Positions 63,372 to 64,000 of a DNA stretch of 64,000 bases are shown here, one piece after another; the stretch's first letter is position 1; each line of letters begins with the position of its first letter. The stretch is from positions 694,853-758,852 of the forward strand of contig OZ241350.1 of NCBI GenBank assembly GCA_965200095.1. The letters are read 5' to 3'. A program made the position numbers and the translations under genes. This stretch comes from Alphaproteobacteria bacterium. GTDB taxonomy: Bacteria > Pseudomonadota > Alphaproteobacteria > UBA7887. The notes under the pieces were generated by a model. It made no database searches. It saw only the letters and a list, made by a program, of their open reading frames with translations, and had not been told where the DNA came from.

Positions 63372-64000
63372 CGGACGGCGGCGCGGGCGGCGGGCGCAAG
63401 CCGAAGGCGGAACTCTCGGATCGCCATGCGGCGATCACGGACAAGGCGGGCGAGGCGGCGCGGCGCGGTTGGGCGCGCCAATCGAAGGCGGGGCATTGTT
63501 CCGTTCCGGCGGCCGAGTCGTATCTCGAAGCCGGGCGCCTGTTGCAGGCACTGGTGCGCGAATGTTCGCGCGGCGAACTCATGCTGGCGCACCGCCGCGC
63601 CGGAATGTCGACGGAGCGGGCGTCGCACCTTCGGAAGCTGGCGGAAACCTGTCCTGACGCGCGAGATCGCTACCTCGACTTCAACGAGCAAGATCGCCGA
63701 CGAAGCGCGCGCGCCATGACGGACGGCGGCTCGGCGCGCGTCGAACCCGCGCATATCGCGGACGCGGCGCGCGGGATCGGCGACGAAATGGGCAAGATCG
63801 CTCTCGCGTGCTTCTTCGGGCGTCCGCTCGTTGCGCCGGATACCGCGGGGCCGACCATCGCCGAGCGGGCGGCGGTGGCAATCTCCGACGCCATGGGCGC
63901 CATCGCCGACGATGCGCGCTCGCCCGCGGACACCATGGCGCAGACGGCGCACGCCATCGACGACGCCATGAAGGAGATCGCCGACGAAGCGCACCCGCCT
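63368..64000 (+). CDS. hypothetical protein, gene runs off the 3' edge of the window (N-terminal 211 aa present)
   Basis: ATG 63368 overlapping the upstream stop (ATGA); open to the window end. Internal repeat: MTDGGAGGGRK... and ...AMTDGGSARVEP.... Confidence 0.4.
   Translation, partial: MTDGGAGGGRKPKAELSDRHAAITDKAGEAARRGWARQSKAGHCSVPAAESYLEAGRLLQALVRECSRGELMLAHRRAGMSTERASHLRKLAETCPDARDRYLDFNEQDRRRSARAMTDGGSARVEPAHIADAARGIGDEMGKIALACFFGRPLVAPDTAGPTIAERAAVAISDAMGAIADDARSPADTMAQTAHAIDDAMKEIADEAHPP

Overview
High-GC (alphaproteobacterium-like) chromosomal window in which core housekeeping genes are interleaved with several mobile or accessory patches. Core genes read from the sequence: uvrB; the rplU-rpmA-obg-proB-proA cluster; ilvE-alaS; dapA-like/dsbB/coq7/pepP; a five-gene dpp/opp-type ABC transporter; and a two-component system plus a MarR regulator. 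Patch 1 (about 3.5-9.5 kb) is a roughly 5.9-kb island bounded by about 100-bp imperfect direct repeats that duplicate the 5' end and promoter of a cupin gene. It carries a tightly coupled four-gene operon: a beta-grasp (ThiS/ubiquitin-like) protein, an E2-like protein, a JAB/MPN-E1 (ThiF-like) fusion and a low-GC protein of unknown function. This looks like a Bil/Cap2-Cap3-like ubiquitin-type conjugation module with no cyclase, and it is the best candidate for a novel system. The same island holds an IS5-family IS and a tandemly duplicated membrane coiled-coil repeat gene whose copies differ in repeat number. Next comes a large autotransporter with 249-bp tandem repeats and a 14-bp tandem repeat in its leader. 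Patch 2 (14.9-23.6 kb) contains a low-GC type II R-M pair with IS630 inserted 16 bp upstream, an IS630+IS5 composite, a frameshifted ISAs1 transposase, an ImmA/IrrE-like gene carrying a G15 homopolymer, remnants of an Eco57I/PglX-like methyltransferase gene, and a cluster of hairpin (REP/MITE-like) repeats. A second, inverted copy of the roughly 2-kb IS630+IS5 composite lies at 59.8-61.9 kb, so about 41 kb of housekeeping DNA is bracketed by inverted repeats. Two more hairpin-repeat clusters (41.6-42.7 kb and 61.9-62.5 kb) flank hypothetical genes. Patch 3 (50.1-52.4 kb) is a low-GC gene for a putative PD-(D/E)xK nuclease fused to a NACHT NTPase (bacterial NLR-like). A C21 homopolymer sits in frame in the adjacent LPS heptosyltransferase gene. 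No rRNA, tRNA or CRISPR array was recognised.
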